Source: a bacterium (GTDB lineage: Bacteria > Patescibacteriota > Microgenomatia > JAMCZE01). Taken from it: a stretch of 64,000 nt of DNA. Every line of letters begins with the position of its first letter. Position 1 is the first letter of the stretch. The translations under genes were made by a program, and so were the position numbers. The notes under the pieces were generated by a model, which saw only the letters and a program-made list of their open reading frames with translations, made no database searches and was not told the DNA's origin. This document shows, in pieces, positions 7,488 through 15,613 of this stretch. The stretch spans positions 151,282-215,281 of the forward strand of contig JAKBJL010000002.1 in NCBI GenBank assembly GCA_021836035.1. Reading direction: 5' to 3'.

Positions 7488-8723
7488 TTAACCAAAATGG
7501 AACAGCGTCATCAGATCTTGGAGATCGAAGCTCACGCTCACCCCCCCTAAATCTGCTAAACGACCGAAAACATTTTGATTACCGGTACTGGATACGCTGG
7601 CCGTAGAATTGGAATCGCCGGTCAAAACCATCACCGGATCAAACATGACCGGTCCGGTGTTAGCCGACGCGGCATTGTCTCCGGTTTGGACATCGGTCCC
7701 CAGAGAGTTTAAAAGATCGGCATAATTGCCTCCTTTTTCTCCACTCCCCTGAAAGACCTCGGCGCTGTTGCCCAGATTGACACTGGCAGAGTTAGCCGAG
7801 CCATCTCCGTTACCGGAAGTCTTCGCGGAAACATCCGCCAGACAACCGCAATCTATTTCGGCGACATTGAAATTTACCCTATTGTCAACCGAAGCAGCGG
7901 AATTAGCGTTTCCGGTCAAAACCAGAACGCTGCCCCCGGTATTACCGCCGGTGTTATTGTCTCCGGACTTGGCATAGGAGCTGACCCGATTAGATACCGC
8001 CGCCATGTTATCCTGAGTGATCAGGTTATCATGAGACAAAATGGTATCAATCGAATTTGTGCTCCCGGAGCCGTTTCCGCTTTCCGTAATATCGACTGAA
8101 CCCGTACTCCCGCCATTATTTCCGCCGATTAAAGCGGCATTGGCGTTAGCATTGGTCGAGACGGTGGACTGGATGTTGGCATCGCCGGTTAATATCCGGG
8201 TGGTCCCGCCGGTATTGTTGCCGGCCGTATTTTCTCCGGTTACCGACCGGGAAGTGACACTGTTTTCCACTTCCGCACGGTTAGTCTGGAACAATTGGTT
8301 TGTATTAGCCTGTTCCAAGCTGGCGCTGTTGGCGCTTCCGGCACCGTTGCCGGAGATAGTGGTACTGCTCGTCCCGTTAGTGCAACAACCAACCGCCGCC
8401 CGATTACCGTTTAAGGTATTGGTTACGGTCGTGTCGATATTAGCATTTCCGGTACTCACCGTTACCTCTCCGCCGGTATTCCCCGAGGCCGTGTTATGCC
8501 CGGTTTGCGCACTATTATCAATAGTATTGGTAACAGTGGCCGAGTTATTCTGTACCGCGGTCGTTGTATTGCTATTCGTCAACGAAGTCGTAGAAGTACT
8601 GCCGGCGCCGTTGCCGGAGATAGTGACACTGGTATCAGCTAAAGCCGCAGCGGGAAGCAGGGTATTAGCTACCAGTAGCCCGGTAGCAAAAACACCCGTT
8701 AATTGCTTTTTCAAAGAAATCAT
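7488..8723 (-). CDS. Secreted Asn/Gly/Thr/Ser-rich tandem-repeat surface protein (411 aa), four ~90-aa repeats; paralogue of 5133-7358
   Basis: Signal peptide MISLKKQLTGVFATGLLVANTLLPAAALA and a strong RBS GGAGAGGGGGTG 8 nt upstream. The four repeats begin ISGNGAGS(T/A)NS, ITESGNGSGSTNS, TSGNGDGSANSA... and each carries NTGG..V.V.TG.AN and a Cys pair (GCC, CGC). Confidence 0.8.
   Translation of the reverse strand: MISLKKQLTGVFATGLLVANTLLPAAALADTSVTISGNGAGSTSTTSLTNSNTTTAVQNNSATVTNTIDNSAQTGHNTASGNTGGEVTVSTGNANIDTTVTNTLNGNRAAVGCCTNGTSSTTISGNGAGSANSASLEQANTNQLFQTNRAEVENSVTSRSVTGENTAGNNTGGTTRILTGDANIQSTVSTNANANAALIGGNNGGSTGSVDITESGNGSGSTNSIDTILSHDNLITQDNMAAVSNRVSSYAKSGDNNTGGNTGGSVLVLTGNANSAASVDNRVNFNVAEIDCGCLADVSAKTSGNGDGSANSASVNLGNSAEVFQGSGEKGGNYADLLNSLGTDVQTGDNAASANTGPVMFDPVMVLTGDSNSTASVSSTGNQNVFGRLADLGGVSVSFDLQDLMTLFHFG
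7491..8636 (-). repeat. Four intragenic tandem coding repeats (~270 nt each); limits approximate
   Basis: Periodicity seen in the translation; the plus-strand ORFs 7768-7977 and 8041-8763 are antisense artefacts. Confidence 0.5.
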
Positions 8724-8788
8724 ATTCTTTCACCCCCTCTCCTCTTTAGGCAAACCCCGATAGCGATCGGGGGCACCTCTTTTTTAAA

Positions 8789-8846
8789 CAAAAAAAACGG
8801 AGGCCACAGTATCAAGGAGATTATCCTCGAACTGTTAGCCTCCGTT
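8789..8846 (-). terminator. Intrinsic terminator-like structure inside the presumed 5' leader of the 7488-8723 gene. Long imperfect hairpin (aacggaggc...gcctccgtt, inner acagt/actgt) followed by U8
   Basis: Minus-strand reading: aacggaggcTAacagtTCGAGGATAATCTCCTTGATactgtGgcctccgtt then tttttttt. It sits about 65 nt upstream of the RBS and ATG at 8723. The AT-rich promoter-like region lies further upstream at 8850-9060. Confidence 0.55.
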
Positions 8847-8945
8847 TGCGGTCAGCCTAAAGTTTTATTAAATTGTAAATATGTACTTATACATATCTTA
8901 TAAATATTTTTATAAAATATGTATGTCCATTTTTTACATCATTAT

Positions 8946-8959
8946 CTGTCAATTGTCAA
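8946..8959 (-). promoter_or_regulatory. Tandem TTGACA-TTGACA (attgacaattgaca) within a very AT-rich ~200-bp region. Candidate -35 elements or operator for the 7488-8723 transcript
   Basis: Direct repeat TGTCAAT-TGTCAAT on the plus strand reads TTGACAATTGACA on the minus strand. No clean consensus -10 at 17 bp. Confidence 0.3.
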
Positions 8960-9067
8960 TACCCCAATAGCACTTTTATATAGATGATCATATATATATT
9001 ATGATAGAATTAATAATTATTTTGATACCCTATAGACTAGTAAATTCTTACCGTCTTCTTACTTCAG

Positions 9068-9289
9068 TTATATTGGTGATTCCGTTAAGATCTTCTTGAA
9101 ACTGCCGTTTATTTCCAGGTTGGTTTTTTTAATATGGCGGATGGTAATTTGGGTTATTACTCCGTCCTGAACATAAATTTCCACACTCCCGAAAGATACT
9201 GTCTCCAAAGCTTTGCGTAATTCCTCCAGGGATTCCCCGGTATGCCGGGCCGGGGTTTTTTTAAACTTGCTGCTTAAGGCAGTACTCAT
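9068..9289 (-). CDS. DUF2292 (YezD-like) small protein (73 aa)
   Basis: ...SFGSVEIYVQDGVITQITIRHIKKTNLE resembles the YezD/DUF2292 core (FGSV.I.V.DGKVVQI...K) as I recall it. Confidence 0.4.
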   Translation of the reverse strand: MSTALSSKFKKTPARHTGESLEELRKALETVSFGSVEIYVQDGVITQITIRHIKKTNLEINGSFKKILTESPI

Positions 9290-9290
9290 A

Positions 9291-9911
9291 TTAAAAATTC
9301 AGGGGAATACGCTGCTTTTCCCCGTCTATTTCGCCGATCTGCAAGATAAAATTTTTATCGGTAGTATTTACCGGGAAACCGATCCGGGTATCTTTTGTCG
9401 AGATCGGCTGGATAGTAATGGGATCGTTATGAATATCCGCCGCGTACCATTGGCTTTCGTCACCGTTTACCGCTAAGCGGACATAATCCCGGGTATTCAT
9501 GGTTATCTCCTTGCTTGTATTGTTCACGACATGCAACGAGAGGATAAGAAAAGTCCGGCCCTGAATCGCGGTAGCTTTTTGGCCTTTAACGATAATCTGG
9601 TCGCGCAATTCCGCCGTATCTAAAACATAGCTAACCGTTGCCGCAACGTTTCCTTTGCTGTCCCGGATAGGGAAATCAAAAGAACGGTTAATCTTGGTGG
9701 TAGCTTGGGCTGCAGCAAGATTTACCTGGTCATTTGCGGGCTTTTTGGCGGAGGCGCTTTGAACAATATTCCTGGCCCAAATACCGGCCCCGGCGACAAT
9801 CAAAACCAGGAGAGCAATCGGCAGCGCTTTCCTTAATATCCGGCGTCCGCCGGTTCTGAACCGGACAGTTGCTTTTCCCCCCAGAGGATAATTGCCATTA
9901 TCGGGATTCAT
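9291..9911 (-). CDS. Membrane-anchored extracytoplasmic protein with DUF4352-like beta-sandwich domain (206 aa)
   Basis: N-terminal TM ALPIALLVLIVAGAGIW. C-terminal region ...KGQKATAIQGRTFLILSLHVVNNTSKEITMNTRDYVRLAVNGDESQWYA... fits the DUF4352 pattern. 4-nt overlap with the upstream gene. Confidence 0.45.
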   Translation of the reverse strand: MNPDNGNYPLGGKATVRFRTGGRRILRKALPIALLVLIVAGAGIWARNIVQSASAKKPANDQVNLAAAQATTKINRSFDFPIRDSKGNVAATVSYVLDTAELRDQIIVKGQKATAIQGRTFLILSLHVVNNTSKEITMNTRDYVRLAVNGDESQWYAADIHNDPITIQPISTKDTRIGFPVNTTDKNFILQIGEIDGEKQRIPLNF

Positions 9912-10420
9912 ATGTTCACGCTCGCTCCTCCTCCGCTAGCCTTAGTTATCGAGATGCCAATTGTTACCGGAGCGGCAGCCTCTTTTTGGGAAATCGCCAC
10001 GGAAATGTTCTGCCGACTGTCCGCCCCCACCAGCTTATTCATCACCTTGCCGTTTGCTTTCGTTTGAATAAAAGTTTTGACATTCATATTCAGGGCCGTA
10101 ATTTTTTGCTTGTACCAATCGGTCACGGCGTCGGCGCGATCATTACTGGTGAAGCTCAGGCCGGAAACGCTTTCCCCAACTTGTACTGCGCCGGGATAAC
10201 GCCAGGGACCATAATCCGGTCCGGCAGGATCCGCTGATACCGCCGGAGAAGGCAGAGGCCGAGAAATATTTTTTTCCGGCTTAGGGATTATCAATCCGGG
10301 GATAGGAGCCGGGGAACTTACGGGCGGGAGAACGGGTTTTCTGACGGCAACTGGGGATTGTCCGGTAAGGACGCTTAAAAGGGTGGTTAAAAGAGTGATG
10401 ATTGCCGTAAGAACAGACAT
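9908..10420 (-). CDS. Hypothetical membrane-anchored protein with Pro-rich linker (170 aa)
   Basis: N-terminal TM MSVLTAIITLLTTLLSVLTG, then PVLPPVSSPAPIPGLIIPKPE, then a globular C-terminal domain. ATGA overlap with 9291-9911. Confidence 0.5.
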   Translation of the reverse strand: MSVLTAIITLLTTLLSVLTGQSPVAVRKPVLPPVSSPAPIPGLIIPKPEKNISRPLPSPAVSADPAGPDYGPWRYPGAVQVGESVSGLSFTSNDRADAVTDWYKQKITALNMNVKTFIQTKANGKVMNKLVGADSRQNISVAISQKEAAAPVTIGISITKASGGGASVNI

Positions 10421-10502
10421 TGATAAAGACCTTAGGCCTCTATAGGATTAGCTCTAATAATTGGCTATCCGTGTGTCTATCCCGAAATAAGCGGGCAAGA
10501 AT

Positions 10503-10805
10503 TCAGTAAGTAGGAAGAACCACTTGTTTTCCGGAGATTAGTTTCCCGTTAACCGGAATTTGCAGAGCAAAACCTAAGGCGTTGGCGATCGCTACCCCTA
10601 CCCGCAAACCGGTAAAAGAACCCGGGCCAGTAGCTACCTCGATTTCCGTAATATCCTGCAGGGTAAGATCCTGCATATCCAGTAGCTCTTTAATCATCGG
10701 CAAGACTACCTGCGAGCGCCAAACGGAAGAGTCTTTGACCGTTTCTTTTTCCCCAAGCCATATAATAGTTTTTTGGTTGGAAGAAGTGTCAATAAACAGT
10801 TGCAT
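10503..10805 (-). CDS. tsaB: Mini-TsaB-like protein (N-terminal domain of the tRNA t6A biosynthesis protein TsaB/YeaZ, 100 aa)
   Basis: MQLFIDTSSNQKTIIWLGEK...EIEVATGPGSFTGLRVGVAIANALGFAL carries the TsaB/Kae1-family GPGSFTGLRVG motif. Only ~100 aa against ~230 aa for canonical TsaB. Confidence 0.6.
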   Translation of the reverse strand: MQLFIDTSSNQKTIIWLGEKETVKDSSVWRSQVVLPMIKELLDMQDLTLQDITEIEVATGPGSFTGLRVGVAIANALGFALQIPVNGKLISGKQVVLPTY

Positions 10806-10810
10806 GCTTT

Positions 10811-12808
10811 TTACTTCCCAAAATTGGCAATAACCTGGGACAAATCGAAGATAGAATAATTACTTCCAAAATAATTTAAAACGATTCTTAGGTCATTAAT
10901 GTCTACCTTGCCGTCACCATTAAAATCGCCGCCTAGGGGAGACGGAGACGGCGAGCCCGGATTGGCCACTAAGCTATATAAAGCCGCGACTTCAGCAGGA
11001 TTTAGCGCACGATTATAGATTCTAACTTCATCGACAAAACCATTGTAATGTCGATTATAAGCAAGGTAGGGATGGGTACCGATTTTAAACTGCGCCCCAA
11101 GCGTTTGACTAGGAAGGCCAACCGCCGTCCCGGTTTTTGCTAAGGCGCCGTTAATATATAAGTTATAAATATTATTGGTATAATCATTAACTACTACCAG
11201 ATGCGTCCAGTTCTTCAAATCGTAAGAATAAGAATTAACCCGGCTACCATCACCACCTGATAAACTGATTTCATATCCGTTAGAAGTTGGATCATATATA
11301 AGTTCGTATGAAGCGTTATTATTTGTGCCTCCCCGTGCTTGAGCCAAGATATCCTGCCAGTTACCACCGGTGTCATCTGCTTTAACCCACAAAGAATAAG
11401 AAAAGGTGGGATTAGTAGCGTTAATCATCTGAACGGGTATATTAATATTTTGTCCTGTTCCGTTAAAATAGCCACTATTACCGGAGACACCGACCACTCC
11501 TCCGACAGGGCCGGTACCAGCCGGGCAAGACATACCGTTGTATCCGTTGTTTGAAAAATCTATTACAGTAGGGGTCTGGCAATCATTTATCCACGAACTT
11601 TCATCCATCTTCCAATAACCCGCTAATCCCCGATTAAGATCAACCTGAGCCGGGGTTGGTATAGGCGTAGGACTGGGGTGAATATCATTCGTCCAGGCAT
11701 TTTGAACATTTTTAATAACATTAAAGTTACCTTCAATCGTCGGATCATCATGAATTTGTTGTAATGTCTTACCGAGAAATGAGGTCTCTAAATTAGAAAC
11801 AGCGCTATCTATTTGCGAAGAGCTTGTGCCGATATTATTTTTAAAATCATTAAGGGTCCACGTGCTAAAATTTGTACCGAAAACCGGGTTAACTCCGCCG
11901 ACAAAGACATTGCCGCTAGCCGAAACTCCGGGGAGAGAAGGCAAAGTACTGTTAAGAAAATTTACCGGACCGACCAGGTTGTTGTTGAAAATATAGGAAG
12001 AGGTATAAGGAGGACAATCCGTACCCGTAGAAAAATTGAGAGTTCCCGAATGGTTAGAAATATTCGTACTCCAAAAGATATTTTTGTATGCTTGATGGTT
12101 AAGACCATTCAAGACCAAACTCGCCCAGGAATCAGCGATAAAATTATTACGGATAGTAGTATAGTTTGGCCCATGCCAAAGATGGATACTATATCCTGAA
12201 TTATCAACAAAAATATTCCCATCTATTAAAGTCCCATCAGTTGCCTGCGAAACGGCACAATTATTAATATAAATGGGGTGGTAATATGGAGCACTGCCAT
12301 CAAAAATAAAGCGGTTGTTAATATATTTATTTCTCATATGTGTTCCTTCATTTACCCCACCAAAATAATTAAATAAGGTTAAACCGACTAGCTCCACATC
12401 ATTACCGTGTTGAAAAACATGGTCATATGTGTCTTTTACGGGCGAGCCGAACCAAAGACCCGCTACATGGACAAAACCTCCCACCAGGACATTCGGCGGA
12501 TGCCCTGCTACATCGGTAATAATCGGCCTGGCTCCTGTATCAGCATAAACATACGATCTTGTTGTTGTGCTGGATGGACCAAGGTTTAACCAACCGTTAT
12601 TCACGGTATCAATGGAATAAATTCCGTCTTTCAAAATCAGGGTATCTCCAGGAACCATTTTGGAATTGCCGGTACCAAGATCGTAGGGGTTGTTGCTAGA
12701 GCCATCCCCCGAAGAAGATCCGCTTGGCGAGACAAAATATGTGGCCGCCAATGTCGGTTTAGTTGCCCAAAAAAACAGGCAGATAATAATTAATATAATT
12801 CTTTTCAT
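10811..12808 (-). CDS. Secreted right-handed beta-helix (DUF1565/pectin-lyase-fold) protein with LamG/ConA-like domain and C-terminal dockerin-like module (665 aa)
   Basis: Signal peptide MKRIILIIICLFFWATKPTLAA. DUF1565-like start TYFVSPSGSSSGDGSSNNPYDL...PGDTLILKDGIY. PbH1-like NN.F / NIFVDN repeats. Laminin_G_3-like segment ...WTHLVVVNDYTNNIYNLYINGAL...NGFVDEVRIYNRALNPAEV. C-terminal GDFNGDGKVDINDLRIVLNYFGSNYSIFDLSQVIANFGK. Confidence 0.7.
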   Translation of the reverse strand: MKRIILIIICLFFWATKPTLAATYFVSPSGSSSGDGSSNNPYDLGTGNSKMVPGDTLILKDGIYSIDTVNNGWLNLGPSSTTTRSYVYADTGARPIITDVAGHPPNVLVGGFVHVAGLWFGSPVKDTYDHVFQHGNDVELVGLTLFNYFGGVNEGTHMRNKYINNRFIFDGSAPYYHPIYINNCAVSQATDGTLIDGNIFVDNSGYSIHLWHGPNYTTIRNNFIADSWASLVLNGLNHQAYKNIFWSTNISNHSGTLNFSTGTDCPPYTSSYIFNNNLVGPVNFLNSTLPSLPGVSASGNVFVGGVNPVFGTNFSTWTLNDFKNNIGTSSSQIDSAVSNLETSFLGKTLQQIHDDPTIEGNFNVIKNVQNAWTNDIHPSPTPIPTPAQVDLNRGLAGYWKMDESSWINDCQTPTVIDFSNNGYNGMSCPAGTGPVGGVVGVSGNSGYFNGTGQNINIPVQMINATNPTFSYSLWVKADDTGGNWQDILAQARGGTNNNASYELIYDPTSNGYEISLSGGDGSRVNSYSYDLKNWTHLVVVNDYTNNIYNLYINGALAKTGTAVGLPSQTLGAQFKIGTHPYLAYNRHYNGFVDEVRIYNRALNPAEVAALYSLVANPGSPSPSPLGGDFNGDGKVDINDLRIVLNYFGSNYSIFDLSQVIANFGK

Positions 12809-14100
12809 TTCCCAAAATTAGTAATCACTTTGGATAAATCAAAAATTGTATATGGGGTATCAAAACCTATAAGAGCAATTTTCATATCGTTTATATCTAC
12901 ATAACCGTCTCGATTAAGGTCTCCAGGAATTAAGCCTGCTCCTGCCCAGGCGTCCTGAACAGCTGAAATAATTTTGAAGTTGCTTTCAATCGCTTGGTCG
13001 TCATGGATTTGTTGGAGGGTTTTGCCGGTAAAGGAGTTTTCAATATTGGCAATGACCGTATCCAACTCCGGACCGGAAACTCCTAGTCGGGCGGGAACAT
13101 CGTTTAGGGTTAAAGTCTTTTGATTGTTGCCAAAACCTGGAATATTAACAAAATAATTGTCATCAATAATTACCTGAGGATCATAACTCGTCATCGGAGA
13201 AACCAATCGATTGGCATTGTTTGGGCCTAAAAAATTATGGCGGAAAGTAAAAACATTTTTGCCGTTGTTGGCATCCTGTGGCGGCGGCCAATATTCATTA
13301 TCTGTCGGTAACCAGAGGGCTACATTTTGCCAGCCGCCCGAGCTCCATAAGATATCATCTTGGACACTATTACCTTTGCCCTGAACAACAATACCATAGC
13401 AGACATCACCATAGAAATTATTATGGACGGTGACATAACCAGGATTGTGCCAAAGGTGGGTAGCATAGCCCCCTTCAAAACTCAGAGGCTTTCCGATGTG
13501 GATATTTTTCTCGATTAAAGCACCTTCCCCGGGTTTGGCCATCATATTATTAATATAGATTGAATGGCCCCGGTTATCATGGCCTGAGCGGATAAAACGG
13601 TTGCCGATATATTTGTTTCTCGTACTGCCTCCTTCATTAAGACCGCCAAAATAATTAAAATAGGTATTATTGACTAGCTCAACGTCATTACCGTTTTGGA
13701 TCACGTATTCTGCCGTATCCTTACTAGGCGTCCCGAACCACAAACTTTCCACCCTGGTGAAAGAATTGGTGAAAACATTCGGAGTATGGACGGCAATATC
13801 AGTAATAATTGGTCTCGCATTGATGTCAGCCTTGACAATTGATCTCACTGTGGAACCTGATGGTCCCAAAAACAGCCAACCGCGGTTGACCGTATCTACA
13901 GCGTAGATGCCGTCTTTAAGAATTAAGGTATCCCCCGGTCGCATCCGGGAATTACCGGTCAGTAAATCCCAAGGATTGGACATAGAACCATCGCCCGTTG
14001 AAGAACCGGAAGGAGAAACATAATAGTCAGCGGCAAAGGTTGGGGAAGCAAAGATGCCAAAAACAAAAATAATAGCTAAAAGGAAAAGTATTTTTTTCAT
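12805..14100 (-). CDS. Secreted right-handed beta-helix (DUF1565-like) protein with C-terminal dockerin-like module (431 aa); paralogue of 10811-12808
   Basis: MKKILFLLAIIFVFGIFASPTFAADYYVSPSGSSTGDGSMSNPWDL...PGDTLILKDGIY. C-terminal GDLNRDGYVDINDMKIALIGFDTPYTIFDLSKVITNFGK. ATGA overlap with neighbours. Confidence 0.7.
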   Translation of the reverse strand: MKKILFLLAIIFVFGIFASPTFAADYYVSPSGSSTGDGSMSNPWDLLTGNSRMRPGDTLILKDGIYAVDTVNRGWLFLGPSGSTVRSIVKADINARPIITDIAVHTPNVFTNSFTRVESLWFGTPSKDTAEYVIQNGNDVELVNNTYFNYFGGLNEGGSTRNKYIGNRFIRSGHDNRGHSIYINNMMAKPGEGALIEKNIHIGKPLSFEGGYATHLWHNPGYVTVHNNFYGDVCYGIVVQGKGNSVQDDILWSSGGWQNVALWLPTDNEYWPPPQDANNGKNVFTFRHNFLGPNNANRLVSPMTSYDPQVIIDDNYFVNIPGFGNNQKTLTLNDVPARLGVSGPELDTVIANIENSFTGKTLQQIHDDQAIESNFKIISAVQDAWAGAGLIPGDLNRDGYVDINDMKIALIGFDTPYTIFDLSKVITNFGK

Positions 14101-15494
14101 TTCCCAAAATTAGTAATCACTTTGGATAAATCAAAAATAGAATAGGGATTATTAAAATCGATTAGAACTTTTCTGATATCCATGATATCCACTTTACCGT
14201 CCTGATTCAAATCCCCGGCTAAATTAACAGTTTGAGATATAAAAGCGCCTAAATTCTTACCATCACTGCCAGCATTACTTGCCAAACTACCAGGTAATAA
14301 ACGGAAATCTCCGGCAGCGGCGTTAACAAACAGGGGATCAAAATGCATGGTATGTACCCCCAAAGTATTATTATGCTGGACAAAGTAAGGAGAAATCCCG
14401 TAATTATCAGCCGAAGTAAAATAATCGTCATAGTCGTCGGTATTATACTGAGGATAAGAGTTCATCGAACCGCCAGAATCATAGTCAAGATTATTGCTGC
14501 CATTAAAGACAAACAAATTATTTTTAACGTTATTATAGGCGGCGCCCTCACGAAAATAAAATATTCCCCGGGCGTTGCTGACCGAGGTGTTGTTGAAAAC
14601 CTGGTTGTGGTCGCCGGCGATAATAATTCCACCGGCCCCGTTGCCAAAAGTAATATTTCGTGATAATACCTGCCCGGTGGGATTGCTGTAGGAATGAATG
14701 CCGTAACCGGCATTGTTAAAAATTATATTCCCGTCCACGGTAAAATAACTGGCCGGAACGTAAATCCCGTGGTCGGTGCCCTGGGTTCCGTTTTCAAAAA
14801 CGATATTGCCCTGAATTAGGGCATTTGTTCCACCATGTCCTTCCTCCTTAATCCCACAATGGAGATGATTATAAACGACATTATTAGAAATACGATCTCC
14901 TTGGCCGGCACCATTGAAAAAGATAATACCGACATCACTGTAAGTCTCCTGTGCTGGAGCTCCGGGATATCCCCGATAACCTTCAACAACAAAACCATTG
15001 AACCATACATAGTAAGCGCTGTTCCCCTGGAGGGTAACAATCGGGCCGGCAAGGTAATTATCGGGTGGAAGTATTTTTACTTTTCCTAAGTCACCCGGTG
15101 CGGAACTGATTACCAGAGGATTACTATCACTGGTCCCACCCTTCTGGATTAAGACAGTTTGTTTATAAATTCCGGCAGTGACATAAATAATATCTCCGGC
15201 AGAAGCAACAGCAATTCCTTTATTAATAGTCGCAAAAGGTGATGTTTGAGTTCCAGAGTAATTATCGTTGCCTTTGGCTGATACCCAATAAACTTTTCCC
15301 GCTGTAGGGAAATTTAACTCCGGAACTACCGGGCGGACCAAATTCCAGGTACCACGATCATAAGAAACGGTAATTGTTCTTTGATCAGGAGAGAAGTAAA
15401 TATCAGGGGTCGAATAAGCTTCAGCTATGGGTGTTTTAATTAAAGATAGAAAGGCTGCAAGCAGGAAAACGCCATATTTTAAAATTTGTTTCAC
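14097..15494 (-). CDS. Secreted right-handed beta-helix (DUF1565-like) protein with C-terminal dockerin-like module (~465 aa from GTG start)
   Basis: PbH1-like repeats (GNIVFENG, GNIIFNNAGYGIH, NITFGNGAGG). C-terminal GDLNQDGKVDIMDIRKVLIDFNNPYSIFDLSKVITNFGK. Start placed at GTG 15492-15494 (MKQILKYGVFLLAAFLSLIKTPIAEA signal peptide, matching the paralogues). An ATG at 15545 is the alternative. The ORF-track start at 15683 would overlap tsaE by 70 nt. Confidence 0.65.
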   Translation of the reverse strand: MKQILKYGVFLLAAFLSLIKTPIAEAYSTPDIYFSPDQRTITVSYDRGTWNLVRPVVPELNFPTAGKVYWVSAKGNDNYSGTQTSPFATINKGIAVASAGDIIYVTAGIYKQTVLIQKGGTSDSNPLVISSAPGDLGKVKILPPDNYLAGPIVTLQGNSAYYVWFNGFVVEGYRGYPGAPAQETYSDVGIIFFNGAGQGDRISNNVVYNHLHCGIKEEGHGGTNALIQGNIVFENGTQGTDHGIYVPASYFTVDGNIIFNNAGYGIHSYSNPTGQVLSRNITFGNGAGGIIIAGDHNQVFNNTSVSNARGIFYFREGAAYNNVKNNLFVFNGSNNLDYDSGGSMNSYPQYNTDDYDDYFTSADNYGISPYFVQHNNTLGVHTMHFDPLFVNAAAGDFRLLPGSLASNAGSDGKNLGAFISQTVNLAGDLNQDGKVDIMDIRKVLIDFNNPYSIFDLSKVITNFGK

Positions 15495-15613
15495 GCTCAA
15501 AAATACCCGCAAAATGGCAGGTAAATACCAGCTTAAGATTAACATAAATTTGGTAAATCTAGAATGAGGGGCCCGCTTTTTTGCTTTACGAAACTGGAGA
15601 TACTGCCTGCCGA

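Noticed and set aside
5440-8640. Possible CRISPR array suggested by periodic DNA
   Set aside because: The periodicity is ~270 nt, it is coding tandem repeats inside long ORFs with signal peptides, and there is no short repeat-spacer structure or cas gene.
5482-8763. Many plus-strand ORFs (e.g. 5661-6089, 5962-6291, 6538-6906, 6903-7295, 7048-7305, 7768-7977, 8041-8763), plus minus-strand 5552-5890 and 6599-6799 in other frames of the same locus
   Set aside because: Artefacts of the highly periodic, low-complexity coding repeats in the 741-aa and 411-aa surface-protein genes.
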